Shown here piece by piece: positions 63,001 through 64,000 of a DNA stretch of 64,000 bases (the first letter of the stretch is position 1; every line of letters begins with the position of its first letter). Source of the DNA: Gemmatimonadota bacterium (lineage in GTDB: Bacteria > Gemmatimonadota > Gemmatimonadetes > Palauibacterales > Palauibacteraceae); NCBI GenBank assembly GCA_039588275.1, contig JBDHAC010000007.1, forward strand, positions 1-64,000. Direction: 5' to 3'. Below the pieces are notes generated by a model. The model saw only the letters and a list, made by a program, of their open reading frames with translations. It was not told where the DNA came from and did no database searches. A program made the position numbers and the translations under genes.

Positions 63001-64000
63001 CTATTGTTCCGAGAGCTCCACGCGCGCCAGCGCTTCGAGGAGCTGCGGAGACGTTCCGCGTGGAACGTCCTGGATCACCACGCCGGACCGCCCTCCCAGC
63101 GAAACCCGTTCAACCCGCACCTGGCGCGCACTTTCGGGCGGGGACGAGGAGCCGATCTCCAACCCGTACCGCGCACGGTACGCAGCCCGGGCCGCCTCCG
63201 CGAACTCGTCAGCCTCGGCGTCCGCATCCCATACGCTCACCCAGACCAGCACCTCTCCCTCGGGTCCCCGCAGCAATCGATACGCATCTCCGTCCCAGCC
63301 GCCAGCCGCAGTCTCCCCCAGGGCGTCGTCCCCGAGGTGCTGCGCCAAGAAGACGCGGGTTTCCAGCTCGCCGAGGCCGTTCGCGTAGACCTCCTCCCAA
63401 CCGGGCGGGGCGGGCCGGCTGAAGACGACTTCGGTCGGGTGATCCCCGTCGATGTACCGGTCCAGGTGCAGGACCTGCTCGGTCGACCTGGGCAGACCAT
63501 CGCCGAAGGGGAGCGGGCGCCCGTCCCGGGTACTCCAGGCGCGTTGCAGGAACACGAGCCCGCCCACGTAGGGGAAGATCAACTCCTCCTGGATGACCTG
63601 GGGGGCCGATCGCAGGACCGCCACCGATGCCACATCGCCCAACGCCTCGAGGTCGAGGTTCGCGAGTTGAGCCCCGAGGTCGGGCAGTTGGGTCAGATCG
63701 ACCGTGCCTCCGGACATCTGCCCCAGCTGCCACTCCATCATCGCGAAGGTGGCGTGGCCCTCGATCGCCGCCTGCGCAGCCAGGGTGCGATCGTTGGCAT
63801 CGATGATCTCGCGTCGCAGCGAGTCCAGATCGACGCGCTGATCCTGGAGCGCGTGCACCAGCTCGTGTGCGAGCACCACCTCGAGTTGTGCGGGCGGAAC
63901 GTGCTCCAGCACGAACAGCGTGTCAGAGGCCGGATCGTAATAGCCCACGACCTGCTCGCGTAGCAGGGCCTCGAGCAGCCCGCGTAGATCCAACGTGTCG
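63001..64000 (-). CDS. Zincin-like HExxH protein, 5' end beyond window
   Basis: VVGYYDP, LAHELVHALQDQ, AAIEGHA, FPYVGG, PRSTEQVLH, AAGGWDGD; the frame is open to the window edge. Confidence 0.78.
   Translation of the reverse strand, partial: DTLDLRGLLEALLREQVVGYYDPASDTLFVLEHVPPAQLEVVLAHELVHALQDQRVDLDSLRREIIDANDRTLAAQAAIEGHATFAMMEWQLGQMSGGTVDLTQLPDLGAQLANLDLEALGDVASVAVLRSAPQVIQEELIFPYVGGLVFLQRAWSTRDGRPLPFGDGLPRSTEQVLHLDRYIDGDHPTEVVFSRPAPPGWEEVYANGLGELETRVFLAQHLGDDALGETAAGGWDGDAYRLLRGPEGEVLVWVSVWDADAEADEFAEAARAAYRARYGLEIGSSSPPESARQVRVERVSLGGRSGVVIQDVPRGTSPQLLEALARVELSEQ

Overview
A 64-kb, gene-dense, high-GC bacterial chromosomal segment. The gene style (PadR plus ADOP permease pair, NYN-LOTUS protein, many TPR proteins and lipoproteins) suggests Gemmatimonadota or a similar lineage; this is inference only. 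About 59 CDS can be supported. They cover housekeeping and metabolism (mmuM, folE, lysA, aroB, ggt, NAD-type ICDH, LeuA-family synthase, glutaryl-CoA dehydrogenase-like, two acyl-CoA ligases, MPG), a TRAP transporter, a steroid-reductase-like trio, a PAS-GGDEF-EAL protein and a metal-uptake locus. I found no rRNA, tRNA, CRISPR array, transposase or prophage. The most interesting items are five. (1) A probably leaderless upstream ORF with a C-x3-HDH-x2-C motif and a C-terminal RAPP ribosome-arrest motif heads an ATPase-less metal uptake operon, divergent from a ZIP transporter. (2) A 275-bp non-coding element has perfect 23-bp terminal inverted repeats and two oppositely oriented GA-rich hairpin modules. 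(3) A ~170-nt structured RNA with its own promoter and terminator lies upstream of folE. (4) A coupled pair of flavodoxin-less di-iron MBL-fold proteins with an atypical H-x-D-x-P-H motif sits with an NmrA-like protein, opposite a c-di-GMP enzyme. (5) An NYN-LOTUS-LOTUS protein carries an 8-aa repeat tract and a RecD2-like HhH tail. All functional calls come from motif recognition by eye; no database searches were run.
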